Of a DNA stretch of 64,000 nucleotides, positions 20,881 through 30,298 are shown piece by piece. This DNA is from Acidobacteriota bacterium (GTDB taxonomy: Bacteria; Acidobacteriota; UBA6911; RPQK01; JAJDTT01). The notes beneath the pieces are model-generated. The model was not told the DNA's origin. It was given only the letters and a program-made list of their open reading frames with translations, and ran no database searches. The first letter of the stretch is position 1, and every line of letters begins with the position of its first letter. A program made the translations under genes and the position numbers. The DNA lies in the NCBI GenBank assembly GCA_965263035.1, contig OZ253580.1:3648001-3712000 (forward strand), read 5' to 3'.

Positions 20881-22389
20881 TCAGGAACAGCGAAGCGTAT
20901 AACCGCATGAACGGAGATACGCCGTCTCTTCATCCAGGTCGGCGCCGGTGAGGGGATGCAGCCGCAGCCATCCGGCGGGAAACTCCAAGGTCACTCGCTT
21001 CTCCTCGGCTCGGAGCCGAGGTTCGGGCATGGGGACCGAAACCCGGCTGCGATGCAACAGGGCCGAGAGCCGAAGCAGAATGGCCAGACGTTTCGCACTG
21101 AGAATCTGTTGTGCGGGCAACCCCTTGAACACCGAAACGGGGAACTTCCGCCGGTGCGCCCTGACCAGCGTGGCCAGGAGCTTCTGCTCCTCCCGCGAGA
21201 AGCCCAGCAGGTCGGAGTTGGCGATGATGTACTCGCCGTGCTTGTGGTAGTGATGGTGGGCGATGTCGAGTCCGATCTCGTGCAGTTGCGCCGCCCAGGA
21301 AACCATCAGCCGAGCTTCCCTGAAATCCAACTCCCAGCCTCGAGCGGCCTGCTCCAGGAAGTCCAGGGCCGTCGTCCGGATTCGATCCGCCTGTATCCGG
21401 TCCACATGGTAGCGGTCGGACAGTGAGGCGACGGTCTGGCTGCGGACATCCGCTTCCCGGATGCGGCCCAATAGATCGTAGAGAAGGCCCTCGCGCAGGG
21501 CGCCGTCGGCCGAACGCAGGTGCTCGATTCCCAGCGAATCGAACGCCGCCATGAGCACGACCAGTCCACCGGGGAAGACCCCTCGCCGCGCCGAGCGCAG
21601 TCCGTTGAACCGAAGCTTCCTGATGGTCCCCGTCTTGAGGATCGCATCTCGAAGACGCCGGAGAGCCTCGGGGGTGATCCCGTCGCGGCTCCAGCCGGCG
21701 TTCCGGACCACCGCCTGGATGGCGCGAACGGTGCCCGAAGCTCCCAGGGCCTCCTCCCAAGCGAAATCCCGATAGCGCGCCTGGACCGATTCGAACTCCT
21801 GGTGCGCCGCCAGTTCGGCTCGCTTCCAGCGATGGGAGGTAATTTCGCCGTCGCTGAAATAGGTGCGGCTCATGGAGACACAGCCCAGATAGAGGCTTTC
21901 CATGAGGACGGCATCGAAGGATTCCCCGGCGATCAGTTCGGTGCTGCCGCCACCGATGTCCACCACCAGCTTGCGTCCGGCCGGACTGGCCAGGCCGTGG
22001 ACGACGCCCTGGTAGATGAGCCGCGCCTCCTCGATACCGGAGATGGTCTCGATGGGGTGGCCCAGGGCGGCTTCAGCCCGGATCAGAAAATCCTGAGCGT
22101 CGTGAGCACTCCGGAAGGTGTTGGTCCCCACGGCGCGGACTCTTTCGGGAGCCATGTACATCACCCGCTGGCCGAAGCGCCTCAGGCAGTCGAGAGCACG
22201 AAGCTGGGCGTCGTGGGAGAGCCGCCTGGAAGAGTCGAGTCCAGCCGCCAGCTGGACCATCTCCCGCAGCCGATCCAGGACCATTACGTCTCCCGACCTG
22301 GCGCGCGCCACGATCATGTGGAAGCTGTTGGAGCCCAGGTCCACGGCGGCCACGGAATGTCGGTCGAGGGTTTCGATGTCTCGTTGCAT
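20881..22389 (-). CDS. ppx: Exopolyphosphatase Ppx/GppA
   Basis: AAVDLGSNSFHM, EEARLIY, DIGGGSTE, ALREG, LHEIG HD-like tail. Confidence 0.95.
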   Translation of the reverse strand: MQRDIETLDRHSVAAVDLGSNSFHMIVARARSGDVMVLDRLREMVQLAAGLDSSRRLSHDAQLRALDCLRRFGQRVMYMAPERVRAVGTNTFRSAHDAQDFLIRAEAALGHPIETISGIEEARLIYQGVVHGLASPAGRKLVVDIGGGSTELIAGESFDAVLMESLYLGCVSMSRTYFSDGEITSHRWKRAELAAHQEFESVQARYRDFAWEEALGASGTVRAIQAVVRNAGWSRDGITPEALRRLRDAILKTGTIRKLRFNGLRSARRGVFPGGLVVLMAAFDSLGIEHLRSADGALREGLLYDLLGRIREADVRSQTVASLSDRYHVDRIQADRIRTTALDFLEQAARGWELDFREARLMVSWAAQLHEIGLDIAHHHYHKHGEYIIANSDLLGFSREEQKLLATLVRAHRRKFPVSVFKGLPAQQILSAKRLAILLRLSALLHRSRVSVPMPEPRLRAEEKRVTLEFPAGWLRLHPLTGADLDEETAYLRSCGYTLRCS

Positions 22390-22396
22390 CGGTCAG

Positions 22397-22452
22397 CAGT
22401 CCGCCGGGATGCAGGGACGGGCGAATGCCGTGACGACTTTTACCACGGGCTG
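22397..22452 (-). repeat. Truncated inverted copy of the 20696-20857 element
   Basis: Reverse complement CAGCCCGTGGTAAAAGTCGTCACGGCATTCGCCCGTCCCTGCATC matches 20697-20741. Confidence 0.75.
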
Positions 22453-22603
22453 CCAGGGTCACGCTGGGGTCGGCCGGCGGCGAAAGCCGGCACGGCATCT
22501 TCCGAACACTTGCATACCTGAATCCGTCCCGCCGCTCAAACCTGTTATCGGGCTCGCTTGCAGAATCGAAGCCTGTTGTGGTCCAATTTGCGGGAACATC
22601 ACG

Positions 22604-24790
22604 ATGTCAGCGGTTTCTGGAACAGCATCTCCGTCCCTGCCCCGCGTCACCTTAGATTCCCCCGAAGCCTATCTCAACCGGGAGTTGAGCTGGCTGGGCT
22701 TCGCCAGCCGCGTCGTCGCCCTGGTGGAGAACCGTGAACTTCCCCTCGTGGAGCGAGTCAAGTTCGCCGGGATCGCCGGCATGCTCCATGACGAGTTCTT
22801 CATGAAGCGGATCAGCGGACTGAAGCGCCAGATCCGAAATCGTTCCAAAAAGACCGCCATCGACGGCCGTTCACCCGAAGCCGTGTTCCGAGCTTGCCAG
22901 GCCGAACTGCGGAAGCAGTCCAGGAGGCTGGGACAGACGCTGTTGGAGGACCTGGGCCCGGCCCTGGCCGCCGACGGAGTGGGTATTGTCGATTACGATC
23001 AGTTGGAGGCCTCGCAGAGGCAGTATCTACGGGAATATTTCCAGGATTCGGTGATGCCGATCCTGACGCCGCTGGCCGTGGACCCGGAGCACCCCTTCCC
23101 CTTCATAAGCAACCTGGGACTCAATCTGGCGATTCTCTTCACCGATGACGATGGACGCGAGCGGTTCGTCCGCATCAAGGTGCCGGACAATCGGCCCCGG
23201 TGGGTTCCCCTCCCGGACCGTTCCGGCTTCACGCCTATGGAGCAGGTCATTGCCGGGAACATCGATCTTTTGTACCCGGAGATCCCTCCTCGGGGAATCT
23301 ACGCCTTCCGCGTGACCCGCGGCAGCTCGGGAGACCCGGAACGCTTCCGGGATCTGTTGGAGGACGAGTCCCACGCACCGGGCAGCATCATTCAGCAAGT
23401 GAGCAGCGAATTGAAGGCCAGACGCTTCGCAGGTGCGGTCCGGCTCCAGGTGAATCGGGACATGCCCGGGAAGCTCGCCGAATGGTTGGTCCGACAGTTG
23501 GAGATGGAGCCCGATGACATCTATCCCACAAGGCAGCTGCTCAGACTCAGCGACTTGTCCAAATTCAATCCGGGCGATCGCGAAGACCTCCGTTTCCCGC
23601 CTCATCGGCCCGTGACGCATCCCCGCCTGCGTCGCCTGGAATATGGCCACCCCGCAGCCATTTTCCCCGAGATCAGACGTGGTGACCTTCTGCTGCATCA
23701 TCCGTATCACAGCTTCGATTCATCGGTCCTGAGGTTCATCGAGGCTGCCGCCATCGATCCGGACGTCCTGGCCATCAAGCTGACCATCTACCGGACGAGC
23801 GGCGATTCTCCCATCGTCAAGGCGTTGGCCGAAGCCGCCCGGAGAGGCAAGCAGGTGGCGGTGCTGGTGGAGGTGACAGCTCGATTCGACGAGGCTCCCA
23901 ACATCGCCTGGGGGCAATATCTGGAAAATGAGGGCGTGCACGTAGCATATGGTGTGGAACGGCTCAAGACCCACGTCAAGCTGGCGCTGGTACTACGGGA
24001 GGAAGAGCAGGGAAGGATCCGTTACTACGCCCACGTGGGAACGGGAAACTACCATACCGGAACGGCGAAAGTGTATGAGGACGTGGGGATCCTGACCTCC
24101 GACCCGGAGATCTGCCGGGACATCGCGGCGGTCTTCAACGCGCTGACGGGAAAGACGCCGCACACCGGATACTCGCAGATGATCGTCGCCCCGGTGGCCA
24201 TGCGCAAACGGTTCAATCAACTCATCCGCCGCGAAGCCGAACACGCGGCCGCCGGCAGACCGTGCGGCATCCATGCCAAGATGAATCAGCTTCAGGACGC
24301 GGAGATCATTCGGGAGCTCTACCGGGCCGGCCAGGCCGGAGTCCCCATTTCCCTGAACGTTCGGGGCCTCTGCTGCCTCAGGCCGGGAGTCCCGGGGCTG
24401 TCCGAGAATATTCGGGTGTTCAGTGTCCTGGGGCGTTTTCTGGAGCACAGCCGGATCTACCGTTTCGTCAACGGCGGCGATATCGAGGTCTTCATCGGCT
24501 CTGCGGACTGGATGAAGCGGAACCTGAAGAAAAGGGTGGAGACCGTGGTGCCGGTTCGGGACCCGGCCTTGAAGCAGGAGTTGGACGAGATCCTGCAGGT
24601 CTATGAACGAGACAATGCTTCGGCCTGGGACTGCCAGCCGGACGGAAAGTACGTGGACCGGTCGCCTGAACCTGGACAGCCATCGCGAGCGGCCCAGGAA
24701 GTCTTCATCGAGCGGGCCGGCAGCAGATCGGATCTCCCCGGCCGTGAATCCGAGAATCGATCGAGGAGGATGACACCTGGGCGTTTCTGA
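22604..24790 (+). CDS. ppk1: Polyphosphate kinase 1
   Basis: NRELSWL, HPFPFISN, HHPYHSF, ARFDE, KTHVK, TGNYH, RFLEHSR, SADWM. Confidence 0.96.
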   Translation: MSAVSGTASPSLPRVTLDSPEAYLNRELSWLGFASRVVALVENRELPLVERVKFAGIAGMLHDEFFMKRISGLKRQIRNRSKKTAIDGRSPEAVFRACQAELRKQSRRLGQTLLEDLGPALAADGVGIVDYDQLEASQRQYLREYFQDSVMPILTPLAVDPEHPFPFISNLGLNLAILFTDDDGRERFVRIKVPDNRPRWVPLPDRSGFTPMEQVIAGNIDLLYPEIPPRGIYAFRVTRGSSGDPERFRDLLEDESHAPGSIIQQVSSELKARRFAGAVRLQVNRDMPGKLAEWLVRQLEMEPDDIYPTRQLLRLSDLSKFNPGDREDLRFPPHRPVTHPRLRRLEYGHPAAIFPEIRRGDLLLHHPYHSFDSSVLRFIEAAAIDPDVLAIKLTIYRTSGDSPIVKALAEAARRGKQVAVLVEVTARFDEAPNIAWGQYLENEGVHVAYGVERLKTHVKLALVLREEEQGRIRYYAHVGTGNYHTGTAKVYEDVGILTSDPEICRDIAAVFNALTGKTPHTGYSQMIVAPVAMRKRFNQLIRREAEHAAAGRPCGIHAKMNQLQDAEIIRELYRAGQAGVPISLNVRGLCCLRPGVPGLSENIRVFSVLGRFLEHSRIYRFVNGGDIEVFIGSADWMKRNLKKRVETVVPVRDPALKQELDEILQVYERDNASAWDCQPDGKYVDRSPEPGQPSRAAQEVFIERAGSRSDLPGRESENRSRRMTPGRF

Positions 24791-25299
24791 TCCGGCCGCT
24801 CCGGATTCCGCCTCCCCTCCGCAGACACAAGAATCCACTGGGCACGATCCAGCCGCGAGCCGCCTGCACCTCCTCTTGTTGCAACATTGTCCTGATTTTC
24901 TTGGTATCCCCAGCTCAGCGTGACGAAGCGTACGGCATTCTGACGGAACCGGTTGCTACCCTCGGGAGGGTGGCAACGAGCCGTTGGATGCCATGACCAA
25001 TCTGCTGCTGAAGGATCGGCCGACCGGGGTCAACGAGTCGACCTGCCCATCACCATACGGCAGTCCAACTATTTCGCCAATGTGGTCCGTCGAATCGCAG
25101 CCGGAGACACGTCCCGCCGGTCCATCATTCGGCTGGAGGCCCATCTCGAGAGCGGGAGGGGAGAACAGTCGGGTCAGGATTCCGAGGGTTCGCCTCGGAC
25201 CGTTCGCCCGCCGCGTTCTCCTCAGCGATCCGAAGGCGGACAAGACTCTCCCCGACGGCCCGGACCGAAGTGATGCCGGACGTTTCTTTTGCCAAGTCG

Positions 25300-25871
25300 A
25301 CGGCCAACGGCGGCTGGCGTGTATCAGCTTCGGCTGCTGTTACGGCAAGCCTTTGGATCAGCTCGGACCGGCGGCCCGCCGGTTTTTCGAACACTTCCAC
25401 TTCGCCTTCACCGGAGAGATGAAGAAGATCGCCTACAGCTCGGGTCTGGACGGCGCCAAGGTGGGTCCGGTGCAAGCCTTGAGCGCCCTGGTCCTGGTCT
25501 TGTCCGGTCTGGTGGGATCGTTTCTCTTCCTGAACTCCCGCTACGGCGCCGCGGTGCTGGTCACGGCCCTGGTTTCCCAGCTCTGGCGAGCCTACTCGGA
25601 AGGCCTCCGGGCCGATTACCGAGGAGACCATCGGGTCTCCGCCTATCGGATTCCGAGCCTGGCGGCGGCAGCCTGCGCCGCCGGCATGCTGATGGTCCTG
25701 CCCGGCTCCCCCCAGATTCGTTCCCAGTTGAATCTGGGACTGGAGTTACTCTGGGATCCGAAGGTTCTGCTGCTGCTCCAGGCACTCTGGCTCTTCGTCT
25801 TCTTCCGGCTGGGGCGCAGCATGGTCACCCGGTCCACCCTGGTCATGTCGGTTCGGAAAGACCGGGTGTGA
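25300..25871 (+). pseudogene. C-terminal fragment of an Lgt-like (prolipoprotein diacylglyceryl transferase family) membrane protein
   Basis: RLACISFGCCYGKP motif followed by TM helices and E-x-LR-x-DYRG; upstream in-frame sequence does not look homologous. Confidence 0.5.
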
Positions 25872-26193
25872 CGAGCCGTTCGGAACCGGGACCGACGAGG
25901 GAAACGCGGGAGGACGCGGAAGCCTCTCCTCCTTTGCGGTCATCGCTGGGTCATTGGACCATTCACTATTGATAGAGAAAATTAGTCCATTTTTCTCCAT
26001 GGATAGTAAAAATCCGGGACACTGGCCCGAATTTCTGGTTTCGCCTGTCCCGGGTGAGCAATGCGGACCCGCCGCCGAGCGGCGACCCGGGAATCAATGC
26101 GGGTGCCGTGGACGATTTTTCCACGGATTTTTACCCAAACTTCACCCAATTGGAGGCTTCGCTTCGGCCCTCGCTGATAAGGTATCTGACGGG

Positions 26194-27438
26194 ATGAGTT
26201 CACCATATCGGAGGCCTCACTCCAGCTCCGTATCGCCTTCCGGCACGCCGGTCGCCGGCTCCAAGCCCGTGGTGCCGGGCAGATCCGGCCCGTTGCCGAG
26301 AACGGCCATATTCACCGACACCCTGGACCAGGTGAACGGCGTGTCCAACACGTACCAGTACCTGGCGGCCTACTGCCGGCGGCGAAAGATCGACCTGGAC
26401 TTCTTCACCTATGGTTCGCGGACGTCCCTGGAAAAGCAGGGTTCGGTCCGGATCTTTCGCTACCGGCCCCGGCTCCCCATGCGCTATTACGCCGGCCTGG
26501 TCTTCGATCTTTGGACTCCACGAGGGAATCTCCAGGAAGATTGCCGCCAGGGCGGATACGACCTGATCCACGCCGCGACCCCAGGGTCCATGGGCCTCAA
26601 CGCGCTGGCCGCCGCCGACAAGCTGGGACTTCCCCTGGTGGGCGTGTACCACACGGCTCTGCCCGAGTATGTCGGAACCCGAAGACGGAGTCTCATGGCG
26701 AGGCTGGGGCTTCCCTCCGATCTCCTGGAGCAGTCCACGTTGGAGGGTTGCTGGAAGTTCGTCGAGTGGTACTACCGGCATTGCGAGAAGGTCCTGGCTC
26801 CGTCCCGCAGCATCGCCCGAACCCTGGGAAGGAGGATCCGCGTCCCCATGGACTGCTTCTCCCGGGGCGTCGACACGCGGAGATTCAGTCCGGAGCATCG
26901 CCGGGAGTCCTCCCGGACCACGGTCCTGTACGTGGGCCGCGTATCGGTGGAGAAGAACCTTCGGTTGCTGGCGCGGATCTTTCGACGGCACGGGGACGCC
27001 TGCCTGCAGGTGGTGGGAGACGGACCCTTTCGCAGCCGCATGGAGCGGGAAGCGCCGTCCGCGAACTTCACCGGATTCCTGACGGGACTCGAACTGAGCC
27101 GGGCCTACGCGTCGGCGGACCTGTTCGCTTTTCCTTCGGAGACGGACACCTTCGGCAACGTGGTCCTGGAGGCCATGAGTTCGGGCCTGCCCGTCGTCGT
27201 CACCGACAAGATGGGTCCCAAGGAACTGGTCGAACACGGCTCCAACGGGTTCGTCGCGTCCAATGACCAGGAGTTCGAGCTCTACCTGAATCGATTGATC
27301 CAGGACGAGGCGCTGCGAAGGGACATGGGTGCCCGATCCCGGGAGATGGCGCTGGAGCGAACCTGGGACGCGGTCTTCGGATCGCTGTTCGACTGCTACA
27401 GGGAAGTCGTCCAGGGGCATCGCGAACGAGTGGCGTAG
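26194..27438 (+). CDS. Glycosyltransferase family 4 (GT-B)
   Basis: FTDT..QVNGVS, HAATPG, YVGRVSVEKN, FPSETDTFGNVVLEAMSSGLPV. Confidence 0.92.
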   Translation: MSSPYRRPHSSSVSPSGTPVAGSKPVVPGRSGPLPRTAIFTDTLDQVNGVSNTYQYLAAYCRRRKIDLDFFTYGSRTSLEKQGSVRIFRYRPRLPMRYYAGLVFDLWTPRGNLQEDCRQGGYDLIHAATPGSMGLNALAAADKLGLPLVGVYHTALPEYVGTRRRSLMARLGLPSDLLEQSTLEGCWKFVEWYYRHCEKVLAPSRSIARTLGRRIRVPMDCFSRGVDTRRFSPEHRRESSRTTVLYVGRVSVEKNLRLLARIFRRHGDACLQVVGDGPFRSRMEREAPSANFTGFLTGLELSRAYASADLFAFPSETDTFGNVVLEAMSSGLPVVVTDKMGPKELVEHGSNGFVASNDQEFELYLNRLIQDEALRRDMGARSREMALERTWDAVFGSLFDCYREVVQGHRERVA

Positions 27439-27538
27439 TCGCCGAATTTACACCGAATCCAAGACAGATCGGAGGTGTGGAGTGAGACCATCACTGGGGA
27501 CAGGTTCGACCGGAGGAGCCTCCGGCTATGGGAGGCGC

Positions 27539-28678
27539 ATGATCTCTCCGCGGCGGGCCCGCCGGCTCATGGCGCAAGGATGGAAGGCCGCAGACCTGCA
27601 CGTCCACACACGTTTTTCGTATGACGTCATCGCCGACACCTCCGTCGACCCGAGATTCCTCTACCAGAAGGCGAGGGATGCGGGAATGTCGTTCGTGACC
27701 TTCACCGATCATGACACGATGGCGGCTTACGACTGCATCGGCTGGGAACGGCCTGCTCTGGTGCCGGGGGTGGAGGTCAAGATCCTGGACCGGGACCGGG
27801 TCGGACACACCATCCACATCAACGTCTACCTGTTGGACCACCGCCAATTCCGGGAGATCGAACGGATCGCCCGGCAGGCGCAGGATCTGGAACTGCTGTT
27901 GACCTATCTGAACGACAATGATCTTCCCTATACCTGCAATCACCCGTTCTGGTTCGAGTTCGGCGAACAGCCGAACCTCAAGATGGTGCCCTAGGAGCCT
28001 GCGCCGCAGAAATTGATCTACTGCGAAAGCGGTAGAATCGGTCCATATTTCCCCGATTTCTCGGCGAATAGAACAACTATGCACCTCAAAATCGAGAAAA
28101 TCCGGCCTCGATTCCCCACTTTCTCGCTACGATCATTTCTACCGCGCAGACTCCCAGCTCTTCGAACACTTTCCCGTCGTCGAATACAACATGCACCGGG
28201 TCCGGAGAATGAACCGCCTCACTCTGGAATTGGCCGAGAGGTACGGGGTGGGCATGGTGTCGGCGACCGACACCATACCGGACAGGTCGCCCGAGCCTAC
28301 ACCCTGGCTCAGGGTGACACCTTCCGGGAGTACTTCGAGAACATCAAGGCCGGGAACTTCTATCTGGTGGCCCGGGATCTGGCCGCCGAGATGCTCACTT
28401 CGGAGACATTGGCCTGGCTGGACGCCGCCTTCTGGAACTCGGGACACGATTTCGGAATGGGCAAGCGGTTGATCACCGGGATCGGCCGGATAGACCAGGG
28501 AGTGAGGGTGGTCCTGCGAGGCGAGCTCAAGCATCGGCCCCGTTTGCGAACCTTGATCTGGGGTCGGATCCACCTGGTGTCCTTCACCCGGATTCCGGCG
28601 TTCGTCTACGTTTCGACCCAACGGGCCGCCGGCCGCAGGGTGGTCCGCGAGATGCGCCTGGCAGGAGCGATTACTTGA
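27539..28678 (+). pseudogene. PHP-domain phosphoesterase disrupted by a MITE and a 1-bp frameshift
   Basis: DLHVHT, TDHD, GVEV, NHPFW; MITE at 27995-28153; frame resumes QLFEHFPVVEYN; TDT[H]TG motif broken by a missing C near 28273. Confidence 0.85.
27995..28153 (+). mobile_element. 159-bp MITE, copy 1
   Basis: TIR GAGCCTGCGC and GCGCAGACTC; flanks CTAG/CCAG; near-identical to the copies at 34771 and 52637. Confidence 0.92.
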
Positions 28679-28939
28679 CCGTCTGGCCGCTGCTGGCTTT
28701 GGTGTCGGGTCTTCTCGCCGAGCCGGACGCGAGACGGAACGCCGGAGTTCCGGTCCGGATCGTCGACCATCCCAGGTGGTGGCTCAAGGTCGAGCTCACG
28801 CTCGATCTGTCCCGGCTCGATGCCGAGCCCGGCCCTGCCGCCAAGCGGTTGACGCTCCCGGTGAAGGTCCCGGAAAACTCCGCAAGGACGCGGCTTCACG
28901 CGGGACAGGCTTCGGTCCGCGGCAATTGACCAACTCCGG

Positions 28940-30298
28940 TTACACGTCTGAGAGGAGTTCCACTCGGCCCGTGCTGTCGCCGATGCGCTCGACCGGCACT
29001 CCCAGTTGGCTCAGCACCGTCAGATAGAGGTTGGTCAGCGGAGTCCCCTCCTCGAACCGAAGGTGGCGGCCTCCGCTGAGCCGCCCCGCGCCTCCGCCGG
29101 CCACGAGTACAGGCAGGTTGCGGGGAGTGTGCAGGTCGCTGTCGCTCATGCCGCTTCCGTAGAGGAGGGTCACCTGGTCCAGCAGCGAACCGTCCCCCTC
29201 GGGGGTGGATCGCAGCTGCTCCAGGAAATAGGCGAACATCCGCATGTGGAGAACGCTGACTCGAGTCAGTTTTTCCAGCTTTTCCGGATCGTTCTGATGA
29301 TGGGAGAGGGGGTGGTGCGGATCCGGGACTCCGATCTCGGGATAGGTCCGCTGGCTCAGCTCCCGTCCCAGCATGAAGGTGATGACGCGGGTGAGGTCCG
29401 ACTGGTAGGCCAGGACCTGCAGGTCGATCATCAGCTTGGCGTGCTCTTCGAAGCTGCCGGGGATCCCGGCGGGACGCTCCAGCACCGTCGCCTGCCTGCC
29501 GGCTTGGGTCTCCGCGATCTGGATTCTCCGCTCCACGTCCCGGACCGCGTCCAGGTATTCGACCAGCTTGCTGCTGTCGCCGGCGCCGATCCGCCTTTGC
29601 AGCCGGGCCGCTTTCCGGGTGACCGAGTCGAGAATGCTCCGTTTCGTCCGGATCCGATGGAGCCGCTCGGCCGGATCGGTGCTCTCGTGGTCGCCGAAGA
29701 GGCGTTCGAAAACCGCCCGCGGGTTGTTCTCCGTGGGCAGGGGAGTGGTGGAGTTCCGCCAGGAGAGCGTGTTGATGTAGGAACAGCTGTAGCCGACGTC
29801 GCAGGCTCCCGCCAGATCGGTCGCCTCCAGTCCCAATTCCAGTGACGCCAGTTGGGTGTGCCGCCCGTACTGGCCGGCCGCGATCTGGTCGAACGAGACT
29901 CCGGCTTCGACCCCGGCCCCTTCCGTCGGCTTCACGTGCACGCCGGTCAGAAACGCGCCCCCGATCCGTCCATGTCCGCCGGCAGGTTCGCCGGGCAGCG
30001 CCACCGCCGGCTCGTTGCTGAGCCCGGTCAGGACCAGAATGCGGTCCTTGAACGGAGTCAACGGTTCCAGGATGGGGGTGAATTCGAACTCGGCCCCCTG
30101 GGCTGTGGGGGTCCAACTCTCCATCACGGCGCCATGAGGCACATAGACCACTCCCAGACGGTCAGCCGGTGGACTCGTCCCGGCATGGCCAGAGGTCAGG
30201 GCCGGCACCATACTGTCCAACAGGGGCAGTCCGATGGCGGCGCCCAGGCCGCGGAGGAACGACCTGCGGGGCAGCGAGATCTTGCGGATGATCCTCAT
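28940..30298 (-). CDS. DUF1552 domain protein with Tat-like signal
   Basis: LPRRSFLRGLG..LPLLDSM, SFDQIAA, SLELG, NPRAVFERLFG, HHPLSHH. Confidence 0.9.
   Translation of the reverse strand: MRIIRKISLPRRSFLRGLGAAIGLPLLDSMVPALTSGHAGTSPPADRLGVVYVPHGAVMESWTPTAQGAEFEFTPILEPLTPFKDRILVLTGLSNEPAVALPGEPAGGHGRIGGAFLTGVHVKPTEGAGVEAGVSFDQIAAGQYGRHTQLASLELGLEATDLAGACDVGYSCSYINTLSWRNSTTPLPTENNPRAVFERLFGDHESTDPAERLHRIRTKRSILDSVTRKAARLQRRIGAGDSSKLVEYLDAVRDVERRIQIAETQAGRQATVLERPAGIPGSFEEHAKLMIDLQVLAYQSDLTRVITFMLGRELSQRTYPEIGVPDPHHPLSHHQNDPEKLEKLTRVSVLHMRMFAYFLEQLRSTPEGDGSLLDQVTLLYGSGMSDSDLHTPRNLPVLVAGGGAGRLSGGRHLRFEEGTPLTNLYLTVLSQLGVPVERIGDSTGRVELLSDV

Noticed and set aside
28013-28678. ORFs starting MIYCESGRIG / MHLKIEKI / MHSCSIRREIG (also near 34860 and 52711)
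   Set aside because: Translations of the MITE fused to neighbouring sequence, not independent genes
28675-28929. 84-aa ORF after the PHP pseudogene
   Set aside because: No recognisable motif or RBS; it may be a fragment, and support is insufficient
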